From NCBI GenBank assembly GCA_964016885.1, contig OZ024743.1, forward strand, positions 114,638,001 to 114,702,000: a stretch of DNA of 64,000 nucleotides, given 5' to 3'. Every line of letters starts with the position of its first letter. The first letter of the stretch is position 1. The position numbers were made by a program, and so were the translations under genes. The notes under the pieces were generated by a model. It searched no databases and was not told the origin of the DNA. It saw nothing but the letters and a program-made list of their open reading frames with translations. The stretch is from Eledone cirrhosa (taxonomy: Eukaryota). Positions 12,559-27,249 of this stretch are shown in pieces.

Positions 12559-14022
12559 AACAAGTAAGACCCCGACGGCTGAGCTCAAGCCGTTTCGATG
12601 GCTAAGTCTGGACTGAATGAAAATTTTTTCTGGTATCTAAATAGCCGAGCTTATCAAAGAGATAATCACCAGAATTGGTCACATCACAAGTTAGTAGTAA
12701 ATCTGTGATGGCAAATTGGTGGGGGAAGGGGTAGCTGAACCTGCCGGTAGGAGAAAAAGGGAGAATGCGTTGGTAGTGCCGGCTACAGCTGGGTGTGAGG
12801 TCAAAGAGGATACTGGGGAGGGGGAGGGGGAGGAAGTCGAAACGGTAAGTAGAACAATGAATGGTAAAACTATAAAAAGTACTGACTCCGCTTTTTATAG
12901 CAGAGGTGTTAGACTTCGGATATTTGCCCCCTTCTCCGACCGCTGTCCCTTTTTTCCGTGCCTTCTATATTTCTTAGTGGCATCTTTGCTTTAATTTCTC
13001 GTTTATCCAGTATTTCTTTCCTCTTTTTCCCCTTTTTGGGGGGCGGGGGGCGGGGGGTGTGTGTGTTTGTGTATTAATTTTCCGTTCTTTACTTTTACTT
13101 CGTACGATCTTTCATGTAGCTTGTATAAGACTTTTTGTTTCGTGGCGGTACCCTTAGAGTTAGCACGAGTATTTTTTTGCGGGACCCTGAATTATATTTT
13201 CGTACTAGTTTACTTTCTTGCTCTGGGTGGTTGCTGGCCCTGTGATTGGGGTAGAAACCTTTATTATTTTCGTGGTAGTCTCTTTAGTATTTTGGCCCCC
13301 CCCCCCCCCTTTGTTGACCCGCCACCGTACGATACACGCACGTATACCTCGTATAAGGGTCCCTTTATTTCCGTCCCACCTAGTTTATTTTTATTTATTT
13401 TTTTATTCTTCATTATATATATATATATATATTTTTTTAAATTTATTTATCTATTCTTTTATTCACTTATTTGTTTATTTATTTATTTATGTATTTCTTT
13501 AGCCTGGCAATAGCGAGAGACTTAAGTCTTAGTAACCAGACTTTGCTTATTTTTTTTATTTCTCTCTCAGTACTTTTTATAGTTTTTACCCTTCATTGTT
13601 CTACTTACCGTTTCGACTTCCTCCCCCTCCCCCTCCTCAATATCCTCTTTGACCTCACACCCAGCTGTAGCCGGCACTACCAACACATGAAGGGGTCTAC
13701 TCCACCCCTTCTCCCTTTTTCTCCTACCGGCAGGTTCAGCTACCCCTTCCACCACCAATTTGCCATCACAGATTTACTACTAACTTGTGATGTGACCAAT
13801 CCTGGTGATTATCTCTTTGACCATATATGGAATTATTCCTTGATAAGCTCGGCTATTTAAATACCAGAATAAATTTTGATTCAGTCCAGAATTAGCCGTC
13901 GAAACGGCTTGAGCTCAGCCGTCGGGGTCTTACTTGTTCCTATTACCCACTCTACTACCCTAAGTATTGAGTACTTTGGTGCGTTATGGTCCACCTGGTT
14001 CCTTACCACATTTCATTCGTTA
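12557..14022. mobile_element. Family B inverted pair (arms ~12557-12885 and ~13570-13940) with ~680-bp spacer
   Basis: Arms are reverse complements; degenerate HHR-like TTGATAA-..GGCTA..TAGCC..-GAAACGGCTT. Confidence 0.8.
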
Positions 14023-14072
<50 letters not shown>

Positions 14073-14313
14073 TATATGTTCAAAACATAGTTTTGATTAT
14101 TCTCTCATTTATATTCCTGCTCCGTAAAACATATCATGTATTTACATTGTGCTAGTATTCTAACTGGTAATAAGGTAGTAATGAATTACTGATCTTTACT
14201 GTTTATAATTATATATAGTGTATATATAAGTATAAATAATATTATTATATATATATATATATATATGAATATATATATATGAATATATATATATATATGA
14301 ATATATATATATA

Positions 14314-14432
<119 letters not shown>

Positions 14433-14462
14433 AGATCAAAAGATGTTTAAAAGAGTTCCAAG

Positions 14463-14533
14463 TATTTTATTATGCGCATTTCAAAAACAAATATCATCAT
14501 GAGATGATATCTGCGTTTTCATCAGATAAAATA
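14463..14533 (-). ncRNA. Hammerhead ribozyme (family C, left arm)
   Basis: Reverse-complement copy of 14652-14722 with intact core. Confidence 0.82.
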
Positions 14534-14651
14534 GGGATACATGATATGAAGGTTAAAAAACACTTGTGAATAGTGCAGTTTTAAATCAACATATGTTGAT
14601 TTAAAACTTCACTATTCACAAGTTTTTTTAAAACTTCATATCATGTATCTC

Positions 14652-14722
14652 TATTTTATCTGATGAAAACGCAGATATCATCTCATGATGATATTCGTTT
14701 TTGAAATGCGCATAATAAAATA
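14652..14722 (+). ncRNA. Hammerhead ribozyme (family C, right arm), canonical core
   Basis: TATTTTAT-CTGATGA-AAACG...CGTTTTT-GAAA-TGCGCA-TA-ATAAAATA; 8-bp stem I and palindromic stem III. Confidence 0.88.
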
Positions 14723-14843
14723 CTTGGAACTCTTTTAACCATCTTTTGATCTTATATTATTTATACTCCAGTCCTACAAACTGTAGAGTGCTACATATCC
14801 GATATTTGAATTGCTTTATTGTGCTACAATAAAACTCACCTCC

Positions 14844-14903
<60 letters not shown>

Positions 14904-14919
14904 TATATATATATAAATA

Positions 14920-15053
<134 letters not shown>

Positions 15054-15073
15054 TATATATATATATATATATA

Positions 15074-15119
<46 letters not shown>

Positions 15120-15146
15120 TAAGCGGAATATATATATATATATATA

Positions 15147-15244
<98 letters not shown>

Positions 15245-15277
15245 AAAGAATAGAGGTGTAACACACAAGTTATTATA

Positions 15278-15659
15278 TATTGGTAAACGGAATAGAAAAT
15301 GCTGACAAATTGTTCACAGTTGAAAAATGGTTTAATTAGGAATAAAAGAGTATTAGTGATTGTATGGGTTAGTATTCAGTTGTGGTTTTTAGTTTTTACC
15401 GGTTGCGCATTTCTAAATGTTTTTCAAAAATAATTTTGAGATAGAGTGTCCGTGCTGTTTGCTCAGATCAGAGCAAACAGCACGGACACTCTATCTCAAA
15501 ATTATTTTTGAAAAGCATTTAGAAATGCGCAACCGGTAAAAACTTAAAAACTTAAAACCACAACTGAATACTAACCCATACAATCACTAATACTCTTTTA
15601 TTCCTAATTCAACCATTTTTCAACTGCGAACAATTTGTCAGCATTTTCTATTCCGTTTA

Positions 15660-15665
<6 letters not shown>
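15278..15665. mobile_element. Family D inverted pair with HHR-like variant (15505-15541 +)
   Basis: Palindrome centred at ~15465; TTT-TTGAAAA-GCATTT ag AAATGC-GCAA-CCGG-TA-AAA. Confidence 0.8.
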
Positions 15666-15756
<91 letters not shown>

Positions 15757-15795
15757 ATATATATATATATATATTAATATATATATATATATATA

Positions 15796-15836
<41 letters not shown>

Positions 15837-15863
15837 GAATATATATATATATATATATATATA

Positions 15864-15899
<36 letters not shown>

Positions 15900-16345
15900 T
15901 ATATATATATATATGAATATATATATATATATATATATGAATATATATATATATATATATATATGAATATATATATATATATGAATATATATATATATAT
16001 ATATATATGAATATATATATATATTCATATATATATATTCATATATATATATATATATATATGAATATATATATATTGTATATATAAGTATAAATAATAT
16101 TATTATATATATATGAATATATATACATGAATATACATAGGCCTGGCAACTTGTTGTTTGGTCGTGTTTTCCTTACCGCGAGATTTGAAATTGAAATCGA
16201 CAGGAATCGGAAAGTTTTATTGTGCTAACTTCCTAAATTTAACTATAAGACCTCTGTAAAAGATTAGTATCTGTATTTTGACGAGTTTATTTTACGTATC
16301 TTAGCGTTTAAAATGAGTTTATTTTCACTGTTTGATATCTATCTA

Positions 16346-17053
16346 TCTATATACTACTAAACCTCTGATCTTGCGTGCTTGCTTGCTTGTCTGTTATGTA
16401 ATACAGCCAAAGGGGCGCATAATGGGTAAATACTTTGAAAGCATGTTGCCTCTGAAATGGGAATACAAATTGAATAAAACATGTTTCGCGAAAATCTGAC
16501 CCCGGGTTCCCGAAATTCGCGGGTTTTGGGGGTACCTTCGTAAATAGCCACAACGGTGCATACTCGGAAAATACCTCAAAAATTGACATAACCCGCAAAA
16601 CTTCGTAAATAGCCAAAACATTGCATAATGAGAAAATACTCTGAATAAAATAAATTTGGCGTAAATCGCACATGGACAATATTTTCAATTTTCCAAAAAT
16701 AGCAAGGAATTCATTTAAATTCAATTCATCTTATTTTATAATGAATATCGAAAGAAATAATCCGTTTGTTTTTTGGTTGTCCATTCTGTAGGTAAGTGAG
16801 ACAGAGAGGGGGTGAGAGAGAGAAAGAGAGAGAGACTGAGGGGATGAGAGAGAGGGGGGATGACAGATAGGGAAAGAGACAGGGTCCTTAACTTTTATTT
16901 ATTTTAACTCTCCCCCTATCCATAACGTTATTTCTTTCTCTCTCTTTCACAGTTATACTGCCACCGTGTGTATCTGTATGTGTATGTGTGCCAGTGCATG
17001 TGTTTACGTACTAGAGACATGTGTATGTGTGTGTAACAGTACTTATGTTAGAA

Positions 17054-17085
<32 letters not shown>

Positions 17086-20000
17086 AGGATACCTTCGTAA
17101 ATAGCCAAAACGGTGCATAATGGAAAAATAGCTCTGTAAGTGATATAACCCTGAAATGGGGATAAAACATGTTTGTAAAACATGTTTGTAAATCGACATA
17201 AAAATATTTCTCGAATGATGAAAATAGTTTAATAATTATAAAAAAAGAATTATCAGTGATTTCTCAGTGAATATGATTTGAAAATTACAAGTTGTTTGTA
17301 CTTCAAGTATCTATATTCGAGATTTCTTTAAACGGACGATATTTTAATTATCAGAAAAGCATTAAGTGAATATCACTGAAAAATACCAGTTGGTGTTAAA
17401 CAGTAGGTGTTTATATTTTTGCTTTTGTTAAAAAGAATATTTCAATTATTTAGAAATATTTTAAAGTGAATTTGATTTCACAAATTTCACAAATTTTACA
17501 TAGACAATATCTTCATTTTTTAAAAATTATTTTCAAGTGAATACGATGGGAAAAATATTTCTTGGCATATTTAAAAACTATTCTTAAGTGAAAATGACTT
17601 AAAAAATACAAATTATTTGTACACTGAGTATATATATTTCAGCTTTCTTTAAACAGAATATTTTAATTATTAAGAAGTATTTTTTAAGTGAATAGGATTT
17701 GAAAAATACGAGTTCTTTAAACAGACAATATTTTCATTATTTAGAAATATTTCTAAATGATGATTTAAAGAAAATATTTGTTGAGATAATAGGAATTTTT
17801 TCTAAGATGAATACGATTTTCTATTCTTAAATAATGCCTCGACGAGGAAGAAAGAAAACATCTGGTTGGTCTATCGATAGTGGAAAGAAAGCACGGCTAA
17901 GGGGAGCCGAAGAAGGTGAGCAAAATAGTGGTCAACGCCAACAAGATTGGGACAGGCATGCGAATAGAAGGATCGATGAGACTGATAAAGCAAGGGCGGA
18001 ACAGAGGGAAAGAGAAAGAAGCAGGAGAGATCATGAATCGGATGGCTGGAGAGCTGCGCGTCTGGCGGAACAGAGGGAAAGAGACAGAAGAGATCATGAA
18101 TCGGACGCTCGGAAAACTGAACGTCTTTGCCAACAAACCATTAGGGATAGAGCAAGGACAGTTCAACGACGTGACCTCTCTGCTGATGTTGGACAGATGA
18201 ATAAGATCTGTGTCTGTTGATATGCAATGCTTTTTCATGGTGAAACTGCTAACTTTTGCTGTATGAATGGAAAAGTCAGGTTGGGGAATCTGCAGCCTTT
18301 ACCCCAGGAACTTCACAGTTTATTTAGTACTGATCAACCTAGGGCAAACGAGTTCAGAAAGAACCTCAGACAATACAACTGCCTGTTCCAAATGACATCT
18401 TTTGGGGCCGAAGAAGTTCGTTCCTCAAGGAGTGGATGGAATCCTTCTATCGTTATTCATGGTCAAATTCACCATTACATCGGTTCCTTAATCCCTAATC
18501 CCAACGAACAACCCCAAATTCTTCAAATTTACTTCTTTGATCCTCAGGATAGTGTTGATTTGAGGATCAGGATTCTCCATAACGATGGCATTCAGCGCGA
18601 CATAGTTGAATTATTGAAAATAATACTCAGACAATATAACCCTTACGTTGTTTCATTTCGAATGGCAAAAAACAAATTAAAAAATATTCCCGAAGCTTCG
18701 ATTATTATTGATCCTGATAGGAGACCAGCAATGGAACATGGGAGAAGATTCAATACACAAACTGCAAACGAAGTTGCCGTTATTATACAAAACAGCACCG
18801 AACTTCAAGCAAAAGCACGGTACATTGTGTTGAAAGAAAAAGGCGGACAATTGCAGATAATCTCAGAGTCCCATCGATCCTATGCCAGTTTGCAGTATGT
18901 TCTATTTTTTCCTTTTGGCGATAACGGATAGCATCATGAGCTGTTAATGAGCAACAACAAGAAGTTGACGTCAATGCGCTACTATGCCTATCGAATAATG
19001 AACCATGAGAATGAATTCAACCAACTTCTCAAAGGCGGTCGTTTATTTCAGCAATATTTAGTTGACATGGCTACGAAGATTGAAGGAGATAGACTGCAAT
19101 ACATCCGAATGAATCAAACATCATTGCGATCTACAATATACAAGTGCCTTACTGACGCATTGAATGATGATGACAATTTTCGCAATATTGGCAGGCGAAT
19201 CATACTCTCTTCCACATTTGTCGGTGGACCGAGATATATGATGGAGCGATGCCAGGATGCCATGATGTACATACGGAAGTACGGCAATCCTTCGTTCTTC
19301 ATCACAATGACATGCAATCCAAACTGGCCTGAAATCCGGCAAAACCTATTCCTGAATCAGAAGCCACATGACAGGCCAGATTTAATTGCCAGAGTATTTG
19401 ACCTGAAGCGGAAACTGTTAAGAAAGTATCTTACTGGAGTATATGGCCTATTTGTCAAGTGCATTGCTTACGTGCTGACAGTAGAAAATCAAAAGCGAGG
19501 TCTTCCTCATGTGCACTGTTTGCTATGCTCAATGAAGCCTCCACGCCCAGACCGCAGGAATATTATAAATTTGTTCAAGCCGAAATACCAGATCCAAACA
19601 AAGATCCAGAGGGTCATAAATTGGTGCTGAATCACATGATCCACTGTCCGAATTGCTCTAACAATTCACCGTGTTGGAAAGATGGAACGTGTAGTAAGCG
19701 GTACCCTAAGCCTTTCAATGAATATACATTGTGTGGAGAGGACTCTTATCCTGTGTACAGAAGACGGTCTCCAGGAATGGGAGGATTTGAGGGGCACCAA
19801 GAAGGAAGGGGAAGCCGAAATATAACTTCGGAATGGGTGGTTCCCTACAATATGAAACTATTAAAACTGTTCAACTGCCAACTAAACGTAGAGATTTGCT
19901 CTTCCGTGAAATCGATCAAATACGTTATCAAATATACCATGAAGGGCAGTGATCAGGCAATGTTTGGAGTGGACAGGGAAGATGAGATAATACAGTATTT

Positions 20001-22666
20001 AACAGGAAGATATATCGATCCTTCAGAAACTGTTGCCTTGCTACTTGGATTTCCAATTCATGAGAGGGAACCGGCCGTAGTTCGCCTTCAAGTTCATCTA
20101 CCTGAGGAAAATCAAATCTTCTTTCGGGTCAATGCTGCTGTTAGAGTAAACAATAACATGGCTAAGACGACTCTGACTGAGTTCATGGATCTTTGCGATC
20201 GCGATCCGTTTGCAAAAATATTGTAATATGCCGATGTCCCAAAGTTTTACACTTGGAGTAATAAGAGATGGGAAAGGAGAAAGGTGTGGAAAACAGTTGA
20301 GCAGTATCCAGGGATTTTTGAGGCGAACGTTTTGGGACGAGTATACACTGTTTCTCCACGAAGTGGTGACCTGTATTATTTAAGACTCCTTCTGCATCAC
20401 GTTAAAGGGCCAGTATCCTTCAACTCTTTGAAAATGTGTGATGGAGAACTCCTGCCATTATTCAAACACGTCTGCAGAGAGAAAGGTTTGCTTCAATCGG
20501 ATGATCATTGGCAGCAGACTCTGGAAGATGCTGAGCGAACAAGGCTTCCCAAAGCCATGAGAGATCTATTCATCGTGCTCCTCACAGATACGGAAATTGA
20601 CAATTCCAGTGCTTTATGGGTTCGATTTGAGCATTCGCTGTCTGAGGATTACCTTCAAATAGAAAAAAGGGCTACCATAAACTCTAACCTTTTGATTAGC
20701 GAGAGACATTATGTTCAATGTCTTCTGTATTTTGAAGACAAACTTAACGACCTGGGCAAAAGTCTTAGTGACTTTAACTTGCCAAGACCAAATAATATTG
20801 TTGCTAATCAGGATATTGGCAATTTGGAGTTATTGCATGAATTGCAATGCACCAGAGAAGAGCAGCGACGATTTGTAGAAGAGACGGAGCCTCTATTGAA
20901 TAGTGAACAAAAACACGTGTATGACTTCGTTTGTAACAGTTTAGAGACGAACACATCTGCATTGATTTTCATTGACGCTCCAGGTGGAACAGGAAAGAAT
21001 TCCTGATTAACTTAATTCTTTCAAAAGTCAGGGGAAACGGTGATGTGGCTATTGCTGTTGCACCATCTGGCATTGCCACAACACTGATGCCTGGTGGGAG
21101 AACATCGCATTCTAGGTTCAAAATACCGATAGTAGTGAAAGAAAATGGTCTGTGCAACATTGATAAAAACTCAAAGACTGCAAACCTCTTCCAGCATACA
21201 AGGCTGATTGTTTGGGATGAGTGTCCTATGATTCGGAGGGAAAGCTTCGAAGCTGTTGACCTCACTCTGCGTGACATATGCGATAACAATGAGGCATTCG
21301 GTGGAATTTTGACAATTTGCTGTGGCGATATCCGTCAGCTTCATTCGGTAGTGATAAGGGAAAATGAAGCGGACGTGGAAAACACCTGCATTAAAAAATC
21401 CTACTTATGGCGAAGCTTCAAAAGATTTCAGTTGAAGACAAACATGCGATTGGGTGAGGGAGCAGGAGACTATTCACAGTTCCTATTGGATATTGGAGAA
21501 GATAAGATTAAAAAAAATGAAAATGAGGAAATTATTTTTCCAAAAGAAATGGTTCTTCAAGCAACAACAACTATGGAAGAATATATTGATTTCATCTACC
21601 CCTCATTCGACAATTCAGCTGAAGTGTTTTCGAACAATTGCATCTTAGTACCTCTCAATGAAATGATGAGAAGCATCAATTCCACCTGTATCAGACGCTT
21701 TCCTGGAACCATAAAAGAGTACCGATCCTATAATTCTGTGAGTGATGGTGCCAATGCCACTTATTTCTCGACTGAATTCCTTGATTCGGTTGAACTATCA
21801 GGACTGCCACCACATAACCTGGAATTGAAAAAAAGGATCGCCAATAATTCTTATGAGAAACTTGAATCCTCCAAGGCTTTGTAATGGAACGCGCATGATC
21901 GTGGAAGAACTGCACGACAATCTCATAGTAGCAAGAATCAACACTGCTGCTTTCAGAAATGAGATCGTTATGATACCTAGAATAAGAATTAATCTACCCG
22001 AAGGTGAGGATATCCCTTTGCAGCGAAGCCAATTCCCAGTTCAATCGTGCTTCGCTGTGACTATTCATAAAGCACAAGGACAAACTATGGAAAACATCTT
22101 GATTTATCTGGAACGACCTGTATTCCAACACGGTCAACTTAGCCGCGGAAAACGAAAAGAAAATGTCAGAGTGTTTCTGAAGGATACCCAGTCAACTATG
22201 AATGTTGTCATCAAAAGCATTCTGTTGAACAAACTGTACCAGCATAAATATGAGAAAATGTTGATTCCGACGTCAGAAAAAGAAAGGAAAAGGAAAAAAC
22301 TAAGACAAGTAAGAATAATTTCTTTCAAATTTTTGTAAGTAAAACCAGCTTTACATTAACATTGCAACTTTTTCAGCAGAAAAATCTTTCAGAACAAACA
22401 GTCACGGATCCATATAGATATAGAAAAAAGAATTTTGAAGTGGAGTGATTGGATAGCTATTTGTGAAAACTGATTTGATATTTTCTTTGTGAAAATACTT
22501 GTGAATAATACAGTGAAAAGACAAGTTTCGCGTAAATCGGACCACGGGTTCCCGAGATACGCGGCTTTTTTCGAGTACCTTTATAAATAACCAAATCAGC
22601 GCATAATGGGAACATTCTTTGAAAGTAAGGTACCATTGAAATGTGAATACAAACGCAGATAGTGAT

Positions 22667-22718
<52 letters not shown>

Positions 22719-23404
22719 GGTGGTGTTGTTGAATGAAATTATGACAGGTGACTTCAAAGAATTGAATACAGCATTACTGTATCTAGCTTGAATTTGGTGA
22801 CTGAATATTAAGTTATATGTATCTTATAACTTGTGTTAGGACAGGATGTATGTGTGTGTGTGTGTGTAACCAGTATATATAGGCCACATACACCCCCACA
22901 CACAAACACACATATATATATACACGTACATATACACACACGCACACATCATCATCATCATCATCATCATTTTACGTCCGCCTGTCCCTGCTTGCAAAGG
23001 TGGGACGGTTCTGGCTTGATTTCTACAGCTGGATGCCCTTCCTAACACCAACCTCATTTACAGTGAGTGCTGGGTGCTTTTTTTTCCGTGGCACCTACAC
23101 GTCCACTTTACAGTGGAATGATAGGGACCCCAGTCCTTATCATCTCATGTCTACAGCTGAGTAAACTGGAGCAATGTTAAATAAAGTGTCTTGCTCAAGG
23201 AAACAACACATCACCCGGTCTGAGAATTGAACTCACAACCTTTCGATTGCAAGGCCAATGCTCTAACCACTAAGCCATGTGCCTCCGTATATATATATAT
23301 TGGCTTTCCAATGTCATTTTACATTATATACATTTTGTGTATATTTTAATTATTTAAAAATTATTTTTAAGTGAACATGACCCAACGGGTCACGGGTGGT
23401 ATAG
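16346..23404 (+). mobile_element. Near full-length Helitron; termini tentative
   Basis: 5' A|TCTATATACTACTAAA; internal Rep-Hel; 3' GACCC aac GGGTC hairpin then ATAG|T; later SINE and microsatellite insertions near the 3' end. Confidence 0.6.
17834..22338 (+). pseudogene. Helitron Rep/PIF1-helicase (RepHel) disrupted by stops and frameshifts
   Basis: FFITMTCNPNWPEI, VENQKRGLPHVH (HUH), KYVIKY, DAPGGTGK, VWDECPM, GDIRQL and TIHKAQGQT across 7 consecutive ORFs. Confidence 0.95.
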
Positions 23405-23504
23405 TATTCTTCTAAAAACGAGAGACACACACGTGCTTTCTTTGGTCTGTCATACAGAATATAGAAAGCTAGTTAAGTAACGTAATTTAATATACTTTAA
23501 TATA

Positions 23505-24083
23505 TAAATATCTTTAAGTCGTTTGGAAGCCTCGACAATGCAAATGGGTAAATCTCCGGGTAACAAGATCCGGTGGTCGAGAGAGAGATGTAAGTGGGTG
23601 TACGTTGAGATGCGTGGTGTGTAAAGATGTGTATATGTGTAGAAGAAAGAAGGGAAGAGTATAAAGGATAAAATTAAAATAACAACACAAGAGAGAGTTA
23701 CCTTGGGAGAGATTTAATAGACCCTATATATTTCGGATTCACATCCATTAACTGGGGTTTTTTCCGGGGTAAAGGTTGTCTGTCGGACAGGTGCGAAACG
23801 CGTCCTCCGCTGTTTGTTGTTTTGAAAAAAACCCAGTTGATGGATGTGAATCCGAAATATATAGGGACTATTAAATCTCTCCCAAGGTAACTCTCTCTTG
23901 TGTTGTTATTTTAATTTTATCCTTTATACTCTTCCCTTCTTTCTTCTACACATTTACACATCTTTACACACCACGCATCTCAACGTACACCCACTTACAT
24001 CTCTCTCTCCACCACCGGATCTTGTTACCCGGAGATTTACCCATTTGCATTGTCGAGGCTTCCAAACGACTTAAAGATATTTA
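23505..24083. repeat. Family E inverted repeat (~250-bp arms, ~65-bp spacer)
   Basis: Arms are reverse complements; the spacer contains GAAACGCGTC, resembling an HHR 3' half. Confidence 0.85.
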
Positions 24084-24489
24084 TTTATTATTCCACAATG
24101 CTTCAAGCAAACTTCAATACTCTCTCATACTTTAATATCATTTTATTTTTATTTTTAACTCAGTGAGCATATATATTTGTTATTGTTTTTGATATATTGA
24201 TATTATAATAACTAGGATTCAGTATATATATATATATATACGGTATCCGTTATTTATATGTGTAAACAAACCAATACCTGCAGTTAAAATCAACTTATAT
24301 AAATCTTTCGCGATTCTATATCTTTAACTTATTTGGGTCTCATTAATTTATTTTAATTTATTTTGTCTCCTCTTATATTTCATGTTGATATCATTTGTTT
24401 TCACTTTGTTTTGGTATTTTAATCGCGAAATTTTGTTTTTCGAACGATATTAATTATTAATATTTATGGTTGTCTTTGACCGTTTCAAG

Positions 24490-24544
24490 TATACGCTGCT
24501 ATTTTTCACGCTGTCTCTGTCTCTCTCCTATCGCTCTCCTTCTT

Positions 24545-24627
<83 letters not shown>

Positions 24628-24733
24628 TTCTGCATTGCTATTTTTCACGCTGTCTCTGTCTCTCTCCTTCTTTCATTCTCTCTCTCTATCTCTCTCTCTG
24701 CATTGGTATTTTTCACGCTGTCTCTGTCTCTCT

Positions 24734-24799
<66 letters not shown>

Positions 24800-24980
24800 T
24801 TCTCTCTGCATTGCTATTTTTTACGCTGTCTTTGCCTCTCTCCTCTTCCTTTCTCTCTCTATCTCTCTCTCTGGATTGGTATTTTTCACGCTGTCTCTGT
24901 CTCTCTCTTCTTTCTTTCTCTCTCTCTATCTCTCTCTCTGCATTGCTATTTTTCACGCTGTCTCTGTCTCTCCCCTTCTT

Positions 24981-25049
<69 letters not shown>

Positions 25050-25050
25050 T
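24490..25050. repeat. Compound minisatellite: gcattgctatttttcacgctgtctctgtc + (CT)n, about 6 units
   Basis: Direct inspection. Confidence 0.9.
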
Positions 25051-25069
25051 CTACAACGAAATGGACTGC

Positions 25070-25995
25070 ATGCAGGGAAAAGGTGAAATTAAATGCCAGC
25101 GAAACAGGTCAAAGTTTTGATCAAAGGGTGGAGCGTGGCTGATGGATCACCACCAAGCAAAAAGATTGCGGAGACACTGAAGAACCATGGTTTTCTGCGG
25201 ACTCTGGCGCAGATAGAAAGAAAAGGAAAATAAATCGAGAAGGCCTATGTCCTCATAGCGCTGCTAAGCCGTGTCCTCAAGGAAGAGAAAAACGGGTAGA
25301 GGATAGAGGAAAGGGACAAAAAAGGGAGAAAGCACACGCTTTGACCTGAAAGAAAATGAGATACCCGCCGCCGCAGTCAGGGAGGGCAGGCCGGGCAACC
25401 AACAAGCAAACGGTAAAGGTGAGAAACGAAATCACCTTCCGAAGGAGAACCAAGCGGAGAGGGACCAGTGGACAATTGTCCAAAGGAAGAACAGAAAGCG
25501 CCGGGGCACTGTGAGCAAGAAAACCGAGGTAACGTGCAAGTTCTTCAGGAACGGGACCTACTGGCATGGAGAGACAGGGACAGGCTGCAGATTCGCTCAC
25601 CCCAGGCGAACTATGCCCATCCTACCCGCACACCATGCCCCGGCCAAAACTAAAACAAGCTGCCCCAGAAGTAGCTGCTGGCAGAGAAGATTGTGGGACA
25701 GCTGGCCTGGCTGCATCGTTTTCAGAGCCAGAGTCACTCACACCAGCACTTGACACCACCACAATTAAGAGACCCAGAGTCGCCACCGCTGACACCAGCC
25801 CAGGTGTCATATCGACAGCAATTGCTGGCACCCAAAAAATCACACCAGTGCTGCTGCTGAATGTCAGAGGCCTGGTGAAACTCACTAACATGAGTAAAAT
25901 GTCCTACCTGGGAGACTCAGCCATAAGCAATCAAGCATTATCCATGGCACTAACCGAAACGCACCTGTCAAGCAGTATAGCAGATGCGGAAATAT
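25070..25995 (+). mobile_element. LINE 5' fragment: ORF1 CCCH-like finger plus start of the APE endonuclease
   Basis: CKFFRNGTYWHGETGTGCRFAHP; LLLNVRGL...ALTETHL...IADAEI. Confidence 0.7.
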
Positions 25996-26132
25996 ATTTT
26001 TTTAATTGTAGAGCTAACTCAGTTGAAAGGACTCGGCTGCTATTTCTAGTTGTCGATAACCCTATTCCCGCCACTGGGATGAAGCTGGTGCGATGTGTGT
26101 ATTTTAAAAAAATGCAACACGTGCTGCTAGAC

Positions 26133-26797
26133 ATTCGGAGATTTGGATTTGCTGTGTAAACACAGATAGTTAAATCTTCTCCCTTGCTGAAAATGCGGGA
26201 TTTGACTGCTGTGATTTACCGATTAATGGAGAAATATATTTCTTTAATGAGATATATACAAGGAAGATTAATCATTTTAAAAGTATCTATATTTTAAGTT
26301 CTAGTTAAACTTTAATTAGCTGTGTGTGCTTACACACTTTACAAATTATCCCCTGTGATTGTGTTTCATATGTTTATTTTAGATATATATATATGTCAAT
26401 CAATTTCTAGTTGATATAAAATGCTCGGATCTATTCATTGGAATCTTGGAGCATATTCTACAGTGGATATGGCGCATGTCCCTCTGACATATGATACCCT
26501 TAATTTAATTTTGTATATATATATATATAACAAAGGAATTGTGGTAAGGAACCAGATGGACCATAACGCACCAGAGTACTCAATACTTAGGGTAGTAGAG
26601 TGGGAAATAGGAAAAGTATGACCCCGACGGCAGAGCTCAAGCCGTTTCGACGGCTATTTCTGGACTGAAATAGCCGTCGAAACGGCTTGAGCTCTGCCGT
26701 CGGGGTCATACTTTTTCCTATTTCCCACTCTACTACCCTAAGTATTGAGTACTCTGGTGCGTTATGGTCCATCTGGTTCCTTACCACAATTCCTTTG

Positions 26798-26846
<49 letters not shown>

Positions 26847-27249
26847 AAATTACAAAATTAAATTAAGGGTGTCATATGTCAGAGGGACATCCGCCATATC
26901 CACTGTAGAATATGCTCCGAGATTCCAATGAATAGATCCGAGCATTTTATATCAACTAGAAATTGATTGACATATATATATATCTAAAATAAACATATGA
27001 AACAACCACAGCGAATAATTTGTAAAAGTGTGTAAGCACACATAGCTAGGTAAATAATTAATTAAAGTTTAACTAGAACTTTAAATGTAGATACCGTATA
27101 AATTGATTAATCTTTCTTGTATATATTTCATTAAAGATATATATTTCACCATCAATCGATCGGTAAACCACAGTAGACAACTTTCGGATTTTCAACAAGG
27201 GAGAAGATTTAACTATCTGTGTTTACACAGCAAATCCAAATCTGCGAAT
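26133..27249. repeat. ~1.1-kb nested palindrome: outer arms plus inner family B pair (26528-26800)
   Basis: Centre at ~26663; inner arms near-identical, outer arms visibly diverged. Confidence 0.85.

Noticed and set aside
24490-25050. Repeat-spacer pattern resembling a CRISPR array
   Set aside because: The spacers are (CT)n, the context is eukaryotic and there are no cas genes.
26617-26632. Family B TGACCCCGACG matching the tRNA-Trp PBS
   Set aside because: Only ~11 nt, lacks the TGG and an adjacent LTR end; likely chance.
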